From an uncultured Nitrosopumilaceae archaeon (lineage in GTDB: Archaea > Thermoproteota > Nitrososphaeria > Nitrososphaerales > Nitrosopumilaceae): 64,000 bases of DNA. This document shows, piece after piece, positions 48,441 through 57,542 of this stretch. The notes beneath the pieces were generated by a model that saw only the letters and a list, made by a program, of their open reading frames with translations, searched no databases and was not told where the DNA came from. The stretch spans positions 14,259 through 78,258 of the forward strand of contig CAZEFL010000001.1 of NCBI GenBank assembly GCA_964511485.1. Direction: 5' to 3'. Position 1 is the stretch's first letter. Every line of letters begins with the position of its first letter. The position numbers were made by a program, and so were the translations under genes.

Positions 48441-48926
48441 TTGGCTAGAATAAAACTCAAGATAGGAGAAAATGAGATAGAGGTTGATTCTAGGGATTTC
48501 TATGTTGATAATCAAACAATTGGAGAAATAATTAATAATATTTCAAATTATTTGCCTGAAAATCCGGAAAAAATTGTCTTCGAAACTGCATCTACTGAGG
48601 AATCAACAAAACTTGAACAACCAGCAGAATCTGGTTTAGAATCTTTAGATGATGTTGAGATATTTGAACCTGAATTCAGTGATCCAAAATATATTACTCC
48701 TCATGAAATAAAATCAAAACTTAGAATTTTAAAAACTAGTAAATTCTTTGATTCACCAAGAACTGTGACTGAAATAGTTCAGCAACTTAGAGAATATGGA
48801 TGGGCAACAAGTCCATTGGATGTTTCAAAGATTTTAGCAAAAATGGCATCAACTAAAGAAATAATGAAAAATATTCATGAGGATCGAGCTCACTATTTTG
48901 TTAAAGATGCATTAATTGCTAGTTAG
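48441..48926 (+). CDS. Hypothetical protein with C-terminal winged helix
   Basis: RIKLKIGENEIEV N-domain, acidic linker, FFDSPRTVTEIVQQLREYGW...VSKILAKM wHTH. Confidence 0.7.
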   Translation: MARIKLKIGENEIEVDSRDFYVDNQTIGEIINNISNYLPENPEKIVFETASTEESTKLEQPAESGLESLDDVEIFEPEFSDPKYITPHEIKSKLRILKTSKFFDSPRTVTEIVQQLREYGWATSPLDVSKILAKMASTKEIMKNIHEDRAHYFVKDALIAS

Positions 48927-49110
48927 AAGAATAATCACATTTTCCACAATCAGAAAAAATTTCCCCATCTAAATGGTCAAAATGAGTTTTACACTGATTA
49001 CATGTATGATGCATATCAAAATACCCATCTTTTTCAATTTGGCCTATTCTATTTGATTCAAGATCTGTACTCTTGCATTTGATACAATGACACCCACATT
49101 CAATTTTCAT
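48919..49110 (-). CDS. Small Cys/His-rich zinc-ribbon protein
   Basis: CGCHCIKC...HHTCNQCKTHFDH...CGKC. Confidence 0.8.
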   Translation of the reverse strand: MKIECGCHCIKCKSTDLESNRIGQIEKDGYFDMHHTCNQCKTHFDHLDGEIFSDCGKCDYSSN

Positions 49111-49158
49111 GATTTTTCTCTGATAATGTTTGTATAATTGTGATACTTATACAAATCA

Positions 49159-49314
49159 TTGGAAAAAAAGAGGGACATTCCACTGGAAATAGATGAACAT
49201 TTCAAACTTTTTGGTAAAGAACCATGGGAAGTAGAATATGGTGAAAAATGTCCTGTATGTGAAATTAGAATAGATGAATATGGTTTTTGTTCATGCGGTT
49301 CTAGCGGAGATTAA
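49159..49314 (+). CDS. 51-aa Zn-finger microprotein (not in ORF track)
   Basis: TTG start; MEKKRDIPLEIDEHFKLFGKEPWEVEYGEKCPVCEIRIDEYGFCSCGSSGD. Confidence 0.75.
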   Translation: MEKKRDIPLEIDEHFKLFGKEPWEVEYGEKCPVCEIRIDEYGFCSCGSSGD

Positions 49315-49315
49315 T

Positions 49316-50269
49316 TTATTGGTTTTGTGTTAATTTTGTAGTTCTTTGTTTAACGCGAATAATTGTTGCTATAATAGCAGATGCTACAATTCCACCAACT
49401 ATAACATATATCAGATAATTTGATTCAGGTGAAGAATCAATTAGTTCAACTGGAGAAGTGATTACTGTAGTTCCTGTAATTGTAATTTCCCCTGATGTTT
49501 TAGGTATGAAATCAAGTGTGATGTGAGTTTCACTATTCATAGATTTGTGAAATAAAATTTTATCATCATCAAGAGATACCACATATGGTCCCTCTACCAA
49601 TTCTAATGGAATAATTGTTGTAATGAATTTATTTTCATCATTAACTTGAAAACTTATACTTTTTTCTGATTGATCAAAATTGAATTTCTCAATTTCAGAA
49701 TCAGTAATAATTTCTACAACAAATGAATCTTCTTCCCATTCAACTTCTTGAATTATTTTTGGTATAATGGAATAATATTGTAAATTCATATAACAACCGT
49801 GGCAACCAATTCCTTTGTTATCTCCTAATTGAATTGGTATATTATTTACATAAACTTGATCAATTTCTTCAGGAGTTATAACAGAAACTGTTTGTGGATA
49901 TGAAATTTCAAAACTCCAAAGATTATCATTTAAAATAAGAACATTTTCTAAACTATATTCTACAATTGAATTTTGATTTGATGGAAAAATCAATACCGCA
50001 TCATCATCTCCAACAACTGCCACATCTCTTTCATCTCCACTTTCATTTGTAATTGAAATATCTGAAATTGTACCATCAAAAAGATCTACACTTACTGGAA
50101 AATTGGATGGTTTTACAACATGTTTTACATTAACTTCTCCTAATGAAGTAATTTCAACTTCAATTGATTTCTGATCTGCCTCTGCTCCAAGAGATAATTG
50201 AGCATTAGATGAGGGAAAAATTGTAAAAACCATTAAAATTGCTATGATTACAATGATTTTTTTGGACAT
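49316..50269 (-). CDS. Exported surface protein with C-terminal TM anchor
   Basis: Signal peptide, CHGC motif, IIPLELVEGPYVVSLDD domain, C-terminal TM plus basic residues. Confidence 0.8.
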   Translation of the reverse strand: MSKKIIVIIAILMVFTIFPSSNAQLSLGAEADQKSIEVEITSLGEVNVKHVVKPSNFPVSVDLFDGTISDISITNESGDERDVAVVGDDDAVLIFPSNQNSIVEYSLENVLILNDNLWSFEISYPQTVSVITPEEIDQVYVNNIPIQLGDNKGIGCHGCYMNLQYYSIIPKIIQEVEWEEDSFVVEIITDSEIEKFNFDQSEKSISFQVNDENKFITTIIPLELVEGPYVVSLDDDKILFHKSMNSETHITLDFIPKTSGEITITGTTVITSPVELIDSSPESNYLIYVIVGGIVASAIIATIIRVKQRTTKLTQNQ

Positions 50270-50746
50270 TTATTCAACAGTTACATGAATCATTGGTGCT
50301 TTTTCTAAAGGACAATCATTCCCATCTTTCTGAAGATTTACAATTTTATCTGCAACATCCATTCCTTCTGTTACTTCACCAAATACCGTGTATTGTCTAT
50401 CAAGAAATGCACTATCTGTTGTAACAATGAAAAATTGTGAGCCTGCACTATCTGGATCTTGAGATCTTGCCATAGAAACTATGCCTCGTAGGTGGGATCT
50501 TGAATTAAATTCTGCTTTAATACTATATCCTGGTCCTCCCATTCCCCATGATCCTTTGTTATCTGTTTTTGTATTTGGGTCACCTCCTTGAATCATAAAT
50601 CCAGGAATAACTCTGTGGAAAAGAGTACCATCATAGAATCCATCCTTTGCTAGTTTTTCAAAATTTCTAACTGTTTCAGGAGCTAATTCAGGTAATAGTT
50701 TAAATGAGATTTTTCCAAAACTGGTTTCAATATTTACTGTAGACAT
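50270..50746 (-). CDS. Cytoplasmic cyclophilin-type PPIase
   Basis: APETVRNF, FHRVIPGFMIQGGDP, SAGSQFFI, YTVFG. Confidence 0.95.
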   Translation of the reverse strand: MSTVNIETSFGKISFKLLPELAPETVRNFEKLAKDGFYDGTLFHRVIPGFMIQGGDPNTKTDNKGSWGMGGPGYSIKAEFNSRSHLRGIVSMARSQDPDSAGSQFFIVTTDSAFLDRQYTVFGEVTEGMDVADKIVNLQKDGNDCPLEKAPMIHVTVE

Positions 50747-50965
50747 ATACTTAATCTATTTTCTTATCATAAGAGTCTTTTGTGACAAATTAGAATTTTT
50801 AAATATGTTCAAATTTTGTAAGTGAATTTTTTTATTTGCAAAAACTTTTTATAAAAATTTTTTTTGAGAATTGAAAATTTTTATTTTTAAATTTGAAAAC
50901 ATTATTTGAGAAAATTACAATTTTCTAAGTTATAGTCTTATATAGAACAACTTGAATTATAATTC

Positions 50966-51196
50966 GTGAATCGTACAAACCAAAGCACGATAATTAAAGA
51001 AGCAATTAATTCTTATCTTGATAAGGGGGCAACTGACAAACAAGAAATCTATACCAAAGTAGTTGATGAGCTTGGTGTACCAAGACCTACCGTTAGAAGA
51101 GTTGCAAGAGATCTAAGAACTGAATTACTACAAAAGATCCAAATCTTACAATCTGACATGCATAAAGCAACTGTAGCCTCTGAAAAAGAAGAATAA
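50966..51196 (+). CDS. Small HTH-like hypothetical protein
   Basis: KQEIYTKVVDELGVPRPTVRRVARDL helix-turn-helix pattern. Confidence 0.75.
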   Translation: MNRTNQSTIIKEAINSYLDKGATDKQEIYTKVVDELGVPRPTVRRVARDLRTELLQKIQILQSDMHKATVASEKEE

Positions 51197-51276
51197 AGTC
51201 TCCTTCTCCTTTTTAATTCTATATTTTTGTGATTTTTAGCATTACTGTTATAAATAATGACTTTTCCCATTTCTTT

Positions 51277-51729
51277 ATGGGATATGTAGGAAATCACCTA
51301 GCAACATTAGTTTGTGGGGTTTTTGCTATTATTCTAACAGCACTTTGGCCGTATTTTGTTGGAATCGCACCAATACTGAATTTTGTGTTCATAATGGCAG
51401 TCCCAATTATGTGGTTTCTAGTATTAGTTTGTTGGATCTCTCAGAAAAGCAATGATTACACGCACAGTCATGGTGAAAAAAAAAATATGAGTAATTTACA
51501 AACAATTCAAACTACCTCCAAAGGTTCACAAGTTGGAATTTCAGATATCAAACAAATTCAAAATGAATTATCATCTGATTTGGATAGCCTTAAAGAATCT
51601 GTAAAACTAAAAGATAGTGAAATTGAAAGACTAAACCAAGAGATTTCTAATCTTCAAACTCTTGTTCAAATTGAATCTTTGAAAACAGAATTGGCTAATC
51701 TCAAAACAATGGCCTCTAAAAGAAAATAA
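51277..51729 (+). CDS. Two-TM membrane protein with C-terminal coiled coil
   Basis: Start at MGYVGNH; two TMs followed by a heptad-rich tail. Confidence 0.75.
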   Translation: MGYVGNHLATLVCGVFAIILTALWPYFVGIAPILNFVFIMAVPIMWFLVLVCWISQKSNDYTHSHGEKKNMSNLQTIQTTSKGSQVGISDIKQIQNELSSDLDSLKESVKLKDSEIERLNQEISNLQTLVQIESLKTELANLKTMASKRK

Positions 51730-51736
51730 AATTATT

Positions 51737-51856
51737 TTATTCATTACAGTGTGAACATGTAATTCCATGATTTTTTTTGCAGCTTGGACAACTAACAGCA
51801 CCACCATAATGACATTTACATGAACATAATTCTGTTGGATCTTTTTTCAAACTCAA
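51737..51856 (-). CDS. 39-aa Cys/His-rich metallothionein-like microprotein (not in ORF track)
   Basis: TTG start; MSLKKDPTELCSCKCHYGGAVSCPSCKKNHGITCSHCNE (7 Cys, 3 His). Confidence 0.65.
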   Translation of the reverse strand: MSLKKDPTELCSCKCHYGGAVSCPSCKKNHGITCSHCNE

Positions 51857-51946
51857 TAATGTGATTTCTATACATGTGTAATATTTGATTTTGCAGTTTC
51901 AACATTTTTTGATATCTATGCATTTTCTAAAAATTATAAAATAAAA

Positions 51947-52039
51947 CGGGCTTGGAGGGCTTCGATCCCTCGACCTGTAACTTAGGAGGCTACCACGCTA
52001 TCCATGTTTCGCGTCAAATTGACTCTGCGCCACAAGCCC
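51947..52039 (-). tRNA. tRNA-Arg(CCT) with an 18-nt non-canonical D-loop intron
   Basis: Acceptor GGGCTTG/CAAGCCC, anticodon arm GTAGC-CTCCTAA-GTTAC, T arm GAGGG-ATCGAAG-CCCTC; extra AGTCAATTTGACGCGAAA after position 15. Confidence 0.9.
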
Positions 52040-52063
52040 AGTAAAAAAATAATTCTAAATTAT

Positions 52064-52774
52064 TTAAGCGTAATCGAGATTCTTTTTAATCATTTCTTGA
52101 ATACTTTTCCAACTCTCATTTTCTTTATTTTTCCATTTTTCAAAATATACTACATCTTTTAATTCTAATCTTGGTAACCATCCTGCAGTTTGAAGATCTG
52201 GCTTATCTGCAAATTCATTAACATGTCCTAAACACAAATACGCAACGGGAATAACATGTTCGGGAATTTCTAGAATTTTTTTAAGTGTATCATTTGATAG
52301 GATGCTAACCCATCCTAATCCTATTCCTTCTGCTCTTGCTGATAACCATAAATTCTGAATAGCACAACATACACTGTACAATCCTGCTTCAGGTATACTT
52401 GTTCTACCTATTACAAATGGCCCAAATTTTGTTGGATCATATGTTACGCATAAATTTACTGGAGATTCTAAAATTCCTTCTAGCTTAAATGAAAGATATT
52501 TTGATTTTTTTGGTTCTTCCACTAATTGGGATGATTTCTTTTTTTCTTCCTCAAAAGATTCTTTGATTTTCTTCTTTATTTTATCATCTTTTATTAAAAT
52601 AAAATTCCATGGTTGAGAAAATCCAACTGATGGTGCATGATGTGCAGCATGAAGAATTTTTGATAAAATGTCGTCTTTAATGGGTTTTGAGGTAAAATGA
52701 GACCTTACATCTCTCCTTGAATAAATTGCCTTATAGAGTCCTCTTTTTTCATTTTCACTAAAATTATTTGTCAA
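52064..52774 (-). CDS. bluB: 5,6-dimethylbenzimidazole synthase
   Basis: RRDVR, APSVGFSQPWNF, LKLEGI-like FKLEGILE, AIQNLWLSARAEGIGLGWVS. Confidence 0.93.
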   Translation of the reverse strand: MTNNFSENEKRGLYKAIYSRRDVRSHFTSKPIKDDILSKILHAAHHAPSVGFSQPWNFILIKDDKIKKKIKESFEEEKKKSSQLVEEPKKSKYLSFKLEGILESPVNLCVTYDPTKFGPFVIGRTSIPEAGLYSVCCAIQNLWLSARAEGIGLGWVSILSNDTLKKILEIPEHVIPVAYLCLGHVNEFADKPDLQTAGWLPRLELKDVVYFEKWKNKENESWKSIQEMIKKNLDYA

Positions 52775-52855
52775 TTATTATATGCCTCTTATCATTTGCG
52801 AATTCTTTCTTTTGTTAAACGTTAATAATGTCTGCACATTGTTTTGTATTTCAAT

Positions 52856-52929
52856 GGGCCTGTAGTCTAGCTGGTTAGGATACCGCCTCGACATGGCGGT
52901 GATCATGAGTTCGAATCTCATTAGGCCCA
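52856..52929 (+). tRNA. tRNA-Val(GAC)
   Basis: Acceptor GGGCCTG/TAGGCCC, anticodon arm CCGCC-TCGACAT-GGCGG, T arm ATGAG-TTCGAAT-CTCAT. Confidence 0.9.
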
Positions 52930-52937
52930 CTTTTTAT

Positions 52938-53429
52938 TTATAATTCAGATTTGAATTCTTTTTCAATTGTAGTCCATGTATTTTGAGTTGTGATAATTCC
53001 TTCAGCAGTAAATTTTTTGACATTATTATTAATTACATCCTGAAAAATTTCTGGTTCTACTTCTGATTTACTTAGAACAAATATGTTCTTCAATGGAATT
53101 TCTGTGCCGGGGAAAAATGATGCTCTTCCAGGCATTGAAACATCCATTGTAGAATATTGTCCCGAACCTAAAAGAATTCCATCAGCATAAAGATCGTATT
53201 GGATTAATGAAACGGTAAATGTAGTATCACTTGGATTATTTATCAGAAATGTTACATTAAATCTTGGTTCATCCTTGGTGTTTTCATCCATAAATTCAAT
53301 ATTTGTTAATTCAATTCTTGCTTGTGAAAGTTCTGAATTATCTAAACTTGCATAGTAAACAATACCTCCCATCATAGCAAAAACACCAACAATTGCAAGA
53401 TAAACTGTCATCTTACTCTGAAGTGCCAT
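52938..53429 (-). CDS. LEA type 2 (WHy) domain protein
   Basis: N-terminal TM, FLINNPS, YDLYADG..LGSG; start taken at MALQSKM. Confidence 0.75.
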   Translation of the reverse strand: MALQSKMTVYLAIVGVFAMMGGIVYYASLDNSELSQARIELTNIEFMDENTKDEPRFNVTFLINNPSDTTFTVSLIQYDLYADGILLGSGQYSTMDVSMPGRASFFPGTEIPLKNIFVLSKSEVEPEIFQDVINNNVKKFTAEGIITTQNTWTTIEKEFKSEL

Positions 53430-53510
53430 TTCATTGATACAGATTATGTACAACTAAAAAACGTTGTCAAGATCCAAATACATAATATTTGATTTAAAAT
53501 ATCATTATCA

Positions 53511-54008
53511 ATGAGTGCCATAGAACAAGCTCTTCTTACTTGGGTTCATCTTATTTCAGCTGCAATATGGGTTGGTGGCTCCCTTTTTATCGGAATTGTA
53601 TTTTCTCCACTGTTAAAAACAATGACAAATTCTCTTGAAGAAAGAATGCAAATAATGATTCGTGTTGGGAGACGATTTAACAAAATTGCTGTTCCTTCAT
53701 TAATTATTCTGATGGCAACTGGATTGTATAGTTCTCATATGTTACTTGGTAAACCTGAACTACTAATTGCAACAAGTTATGGGACATTTCTAATTATTAA
53801 GATAATTCTTGTAATTGCATTAATTATTACATACATAGTTCATGTCAGAGTAATTCGTAAAGATGTTGAAGAAAAAATCATGTCAAATCAAATGCCAGAA
53901 AATGAAATTCAAAAATTAAGAAAGAAAATCATTATTCTTGGAGAAATTACAGTAGTTTTATCAATTGCAATCCTATTCTTTGCATCTTTACTTGATGCTG
54001 GAGTATGA
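53511..54008 (+). CDS. CopD-family membrane protein
   Basis: WVHLISAAIWVGG, ATG, SYGTFLIIK. Confidence 0.82.
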   Translation: MSAIEQALLTWVHLISAAIWVGGSLFIGIVFSPLLKTMTNSLEERMQIMIRVGRRFNKIAVPSLIILMATGLYSSHMLLGKPELLIATSYGTFLIIKIILVIALIITYIVHVRVIRKDVEEKIMSNQMPENEIQKLRKKIIILGEITVVLSIAILFFASLLDAGV

Positions 54009-55013
54009 TATCCCTTCAATAATTACTTCAAATCCATCATCTAGTCTTCCAATACCATATTTGCAGCCTGTAATTTTTGATGTTACGAACAAATTTGTTT
54101 CTAAATGCTTTGTAATTTCTTTTACATGAAAAATTGTTTTTTTATTGCCTAAACTTGCAATCACAACTAGCATATCTGCTAAATTCTCATCTACTCCTAG
54201 TGATTTTTTAACAAATCTGTCAAAATCCAAATTGAAATTCTGTATTTTTTTATCAAATAATGAGTCAACACCAATTATTGAATTCTCATCAATGCTATAC
54301 ACTAACAAAGAAGCACCTGAATCAATTGCATTTTCATTTTTTATTTCTACCTCCACAACAAAATTTTCTTTGATTAATTTATTTTCAATATTTTTTATCT
54401 TTTTTTCAACTTCATTTATTGAAAGTTTTGAAAATGTACAGATCAGTTTTACTAAATTTGTTTTTCTTTTTGTAAATGATATTGATTTTAAATTAGATGG
54501 ATTCACATGTAAATTGACTTCTCCTCCCCCTTTTGGAAAATAACCTCGTTTACATAATTCAAGAGAAAATTTAATTCCCATTCTTGAGTATGCCTCTCTT
54601 AATACATTTTGAGTATAATCAATGGAAGGACTCCAAAGTACATCTGTTCCACCTTTGATTGTTAAATCAAGTTTTTTTTGAGTGATTGCAACAACTGGAA
54701 TCAAAACTTGTAAAATTAAAGAGATACTTCCAGCTGTTCCAACATCTTCAATTAATTCTAAACTTTCAACATTACCTGGAATAAATTTTAATTCAGTAGA
54801 ACCTATTTTTGCACCAATAACTTCGGCATTTGCAATCTTTTGAAGAATCTTAATTGTTGTAAGATGTTGTGGTTTTAATCCTGATTTTTTCCTATTATTT
54901 CTAATATTTTCTAAATGAATTGGTTGTTTTGTAATACATGATAATGTAATTGCTGAACGTACTATTTGTCCACCACCTTCACCATGTGCTCCATTAATTC
55001 TCAAAAAATTCAT
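53988..55013 (-). CDS. rtcA: RNA 3'-terminal phosphate cyclase
   Basis: GEGGGQIVR, GLKPQH, GTAGS, GGTDV, GYFPKGGG, TKHLETN. Confidence 0.95.
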   Translation of the reverse strand: MNFLRINGAHGEGGGQIVRSAITLSCITKQPIHLENIRNNRKKSGLKPQHLTTIKILQKIANAEVIGAKIGSTELKFIPGNVESLELIEDVGTAGSISLILQVLIPVVAITQKKLDLTIKGGTDVLWSPSIDYTQNVLREAYSRMGIKFSLELCKRGYFPKGGGEVNLHVNPSNLKSISFTKRKTNLVKLICTFSKLSINEVEKKIKNIENKLIKENFVVEVEIKNENAIDSGASLLVYSIDENSIIGVDSLFDKKIQNFNLDFDRFVKKSLGVDENLADMLVVIASLGNKKTIFHVKEITKHLETNLFVTSKITGCKYGIGRLDDGFEVIIEGISYSSIK

Positions 55014-55074
55014 AGTTTTATCTAACTAGAACTCTTTATGATAGTTTTTTAAAAGAAATTTTCTATATTTTTGT

Positions 55075-55569
55075 ATGAATGGATTGTTAATTGGAAGATT
55101 TCAGCCTTTTCATTTAGGTCATCTAGAAGCTTTACAGTTTGCTCTATCAAAAGTTGATAAATTATGGATAGGATTGGGCAGTTCCAATAAACCTATTCAA
55201 AAAAACAACCCTTTTTCTGCTGAGGAACGACAAAAAATGATTTTATCATCCATAGATAATTCTATGAAGGAAAGAATCTCAATTTACCCCATTCCTGATT
55301 TAGACAATCATATTAAATGGATTGAAAAAATTGATTCTATTGTCCCAAAATTTGATATGGTTTTTTCAAATGATGAATTGACAAAACACCTGTATTCAAA
55401 AAGATCTGTTAAAGTAGATTCTATTCCATTTCTTAACCGGGAAAATCTATCTGGAACTAATATTCGTGATCTGATTATAAGCGATCAAAATTGGTACAAT
55501 CTTGTTCCAGAAGGAACTAGGAATTTTTTAATTAATACTAATGCTAAGGACCGTTTAGTACATCTCTAA
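55075..55569 (+). CDS. nadM: Nicotinamide-nucleotide adenylyltransferase
   Basis: GRFQPFHLGH, NPFSAEER, SGTNIR. Confidence 0.93.
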   Translation: MNGLLIGRFQPFHLGHLEALQFALSKVDKLWIGLGSSNKPIQKNNPFSAEERQKMILSSIDNSMKERISIYPIPDLDNHIKWIEKIDSIVPKFDMVFSNDELTKHLYSKRSVKVDSIPFLNRENLSGTNIRDLIISDQNWYNLVPEGTRNFLINTNAKDRLVHL

Positions 55570-55608
55570 TTATAAATAATCCTAATACTTCAGTCCCATA
55601 GATAACAC

Positions 55609-56754
55609 ATGGAATACCTTTCAATGCTTCCTGGTCCAACAAATGTACCTAATCGAGTAATGAGGGCAATGCTTGCACCAATTATTAATCATAGAAGTGA
55701 TGATTTTGTTGAATTATACACTGATGTTGTTGATAAAACTCAACAAGTATTTCAAACACAAAATGATATTGTAGCATTATCTGCATCTGGAACAGGTGCA
55801 GTTGAAGCAGGAGTAGTAAATGTAGTTAAGAAAGGTGACAAGGTAATTATTCCAGTTAATGGAGAATTCAGCACTAGATTATCTCAACTTATTGAAGGTC
55901 AAGGTGCAAATGTAGTTAAACTTCAGACTCCACCAGGAGAAAATGCAACTTTTGATCAAATAAAAGAAGCATTTGATAACAATAAAGATGTTAAAGCATT
56001 CTATGTTGTTCACAACGAAACTTCTACTGGAACAATGGTAAATTATCTTGATAAAGTATCTGATTTAACATCTAGAAATGATGCAATGTATGTTGTAGAT
56101 TCTGTTTCTTTACTTGGTGGTGCCAATCTTGAAGTAGATAAATGGAATATTGATGTCTGTCTAACTGGTTCTCAAAAAGCAATTGCAGCACCTCCTGGAA
56201 TTTCACCAATTTCTGTAAGTGCTAAAGCTAAAAAGTACATGATTGAAAATCCTCCACCAACACATTACTTCAATTTAGCAAGATATTTCAAATATTATGA
56301 TGAGGAAAAACACACTCCATTTACTCCTGCACTACCATTGATGTACGCATATAGAGAAGCATTATCAATTATGTTAGAAGAAGGATTACAAAATGTCTTT
56401 AATCGTCATAAAGTTTGTTCTGATGCATTATATGCTGGTTTGAGTGCAATTGGTTTAACACCATTTGCAAAAGATGAAGATCGTTCAATCTCAATTGTCG
56501 CATTAAATTATTTAGATGGATTAGAAGACAAAACTTTCAGAAGTACACTTGCAGATAAATTCAAAGTACTAGTTGCAGGTGGATTTGGCAATCTAAAAGG
56601 TAAAGTGTTTAGAGTTGGATGTATGGGAGAAGTTAGTCCATATCATGTAATGAGAACCATATCTGCAATTTCATCTACATTAGCAATGATGGGATATGAT
56701 ATTGATACTCAAGCAGGACTCAAAACTGCCGAAGAAAAATTAAAAGCTCTCTAA
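55609..56754 (+). CDS. Class V aminotransferase (alanine-glyoxylate/serine-pyruvate type)
   Basis: PGPT, SGTGAVE, HNETSTG, GSQKA, PFTP, FRVGCMG. Confidence 0.9.
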   Translation: MEYLSMLPGPTNVPNRVMRAMLAPIINHRSDDFVELYTDVVDKTQQVFQTQNDIVALSASGTGAVEAGVVNVVKKGDKVIIPVNGEFSTRLSQLIEGQGANVVKLQTPPGENATFDQIKEAFDNNKDVKAFYVVHNETSTGTMVNYLDKVSDLTSRNDAMYVVDSVSLLGGANLEVDKWNIDVCLTGSQKAIAAPPGISPISVSAKAKKYMIENPPPTHYFNLARYFKYYDEEKHTPFTPALPLMYAYREALSIMLEEGLQNVFNRHKVCSDALYAGLSAIGLTPFAKDEDRSISIVALNYLDGLEDKTFRSTLADKFKVLVAGGFGNLKGKVFRVGCMGEVSPYHVMRTISAISSTLAMMGYDIDTQAGLKTAEEKLKAL

Positions 56755-56795
56755 ACCCTGTTAACTTAATATAAGGAAATTCGAGACCGAACACA

Positions 56796-57542
56796 TTGAC
56801 ATTTGAGAAAGGTTCACTAATCTTAGTAGATTATACTGCTAAAGTAAAAGACAGTGAAGATGTTTTTGACACAACTATTGAAGAGGATGCAAAAAAATAT
56901 TCCATTCATGAATCAAATGTCAAATATCAACCAAAACTAGTTTCTATTGGTGAAGTATCTTATCCTGTTCTCAAAGGATTGGATGAAGCACTTGCTAAAA
57001 CAACTGTTGGTGATAAATTAACAGTTGAGGTAACTCCAGACAAAGGATTTGGTGAAAGAGATTCCGGTAAAGTAAGAATGATTCCACTTAGAAAACTAGG
57101 TGAAGATGCAGAAAAAGTTTCAGTGGGTGATACAATTGAAGTTGATAACAAAAGAGGAACTATTCGTTTTATTGGTTCTGGCAGAGTTCAAATCGATTAC
57201 AATCACAGATATGCAGGTAAAACTATTCTATTTGATGTTAATGTTTTAAAATCACTTGATTCTCCAAACGACAAAGTTGATGGAATTCTTAAAAATAGAC
57301 TTCCTGTAGAGGATACAAAAATTGCATTTGATTTGAAAGATAAAGAAGTTAATGTAACTGTGCCTGAAGAAATTTTACGTGCCGATGGTTTACAGATAAT
57401 GAAACATTTTATTCAATTAGATATTTTCAAATTTGTTAAAACTCTGGAAAAAATAAATTTTGTTGAAACACACGTCAACAAACAAGCTCAGGAAAAGAAA
57501 TCTGAAACAAAAGAAAAAACACCTGAAAAGAAAACCGCTTAA
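56796..57542 (+). CDS. FKBP-type PPIase (archaeal long SlyD type)
   Basis: VDYT..VFDTT, GLDEAL, GFGER, IDYNHRYAGKT. Confidence 0.92.
   Translation: MTFEKGSLILVDYTAKVKDSEDVFDTTIEEDAKKYSIHESNVKYQPKLVSIGEVSYPVLKGLDEALAKTTVGDKLTVEVTPDKGFGERDSGKVRMIPLRKLGEDAEKVSVGDTIEVDNKRGTIRFIGSGRVQIDYNHRYAGKTILFDVNVLKSLDSPNDKVDGILKNRLPVEDTKIAFDLKDKEVNVTVPEEILRADGLQIMKHFIQLDIFKFVKTLEKINFVETHVNKQAQEKKSETKEKTPEKKTA

Noticed and set aside
50747-50965. AT-rich gaps (also 48113-48440 and 32645-32804) as additional origins or RNA genes
   Set aside because: No ORB-like boxes or GC-rich stems; consistent with promoter/terminator regions.
51816-51923. Alternative ATG-started minus-strand ORF (MHRYQKMLK...) downstream of tRNA-Arg
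   Set aside because: Short, without motif, and overlaps the more convincing Cys/His-rich frame.
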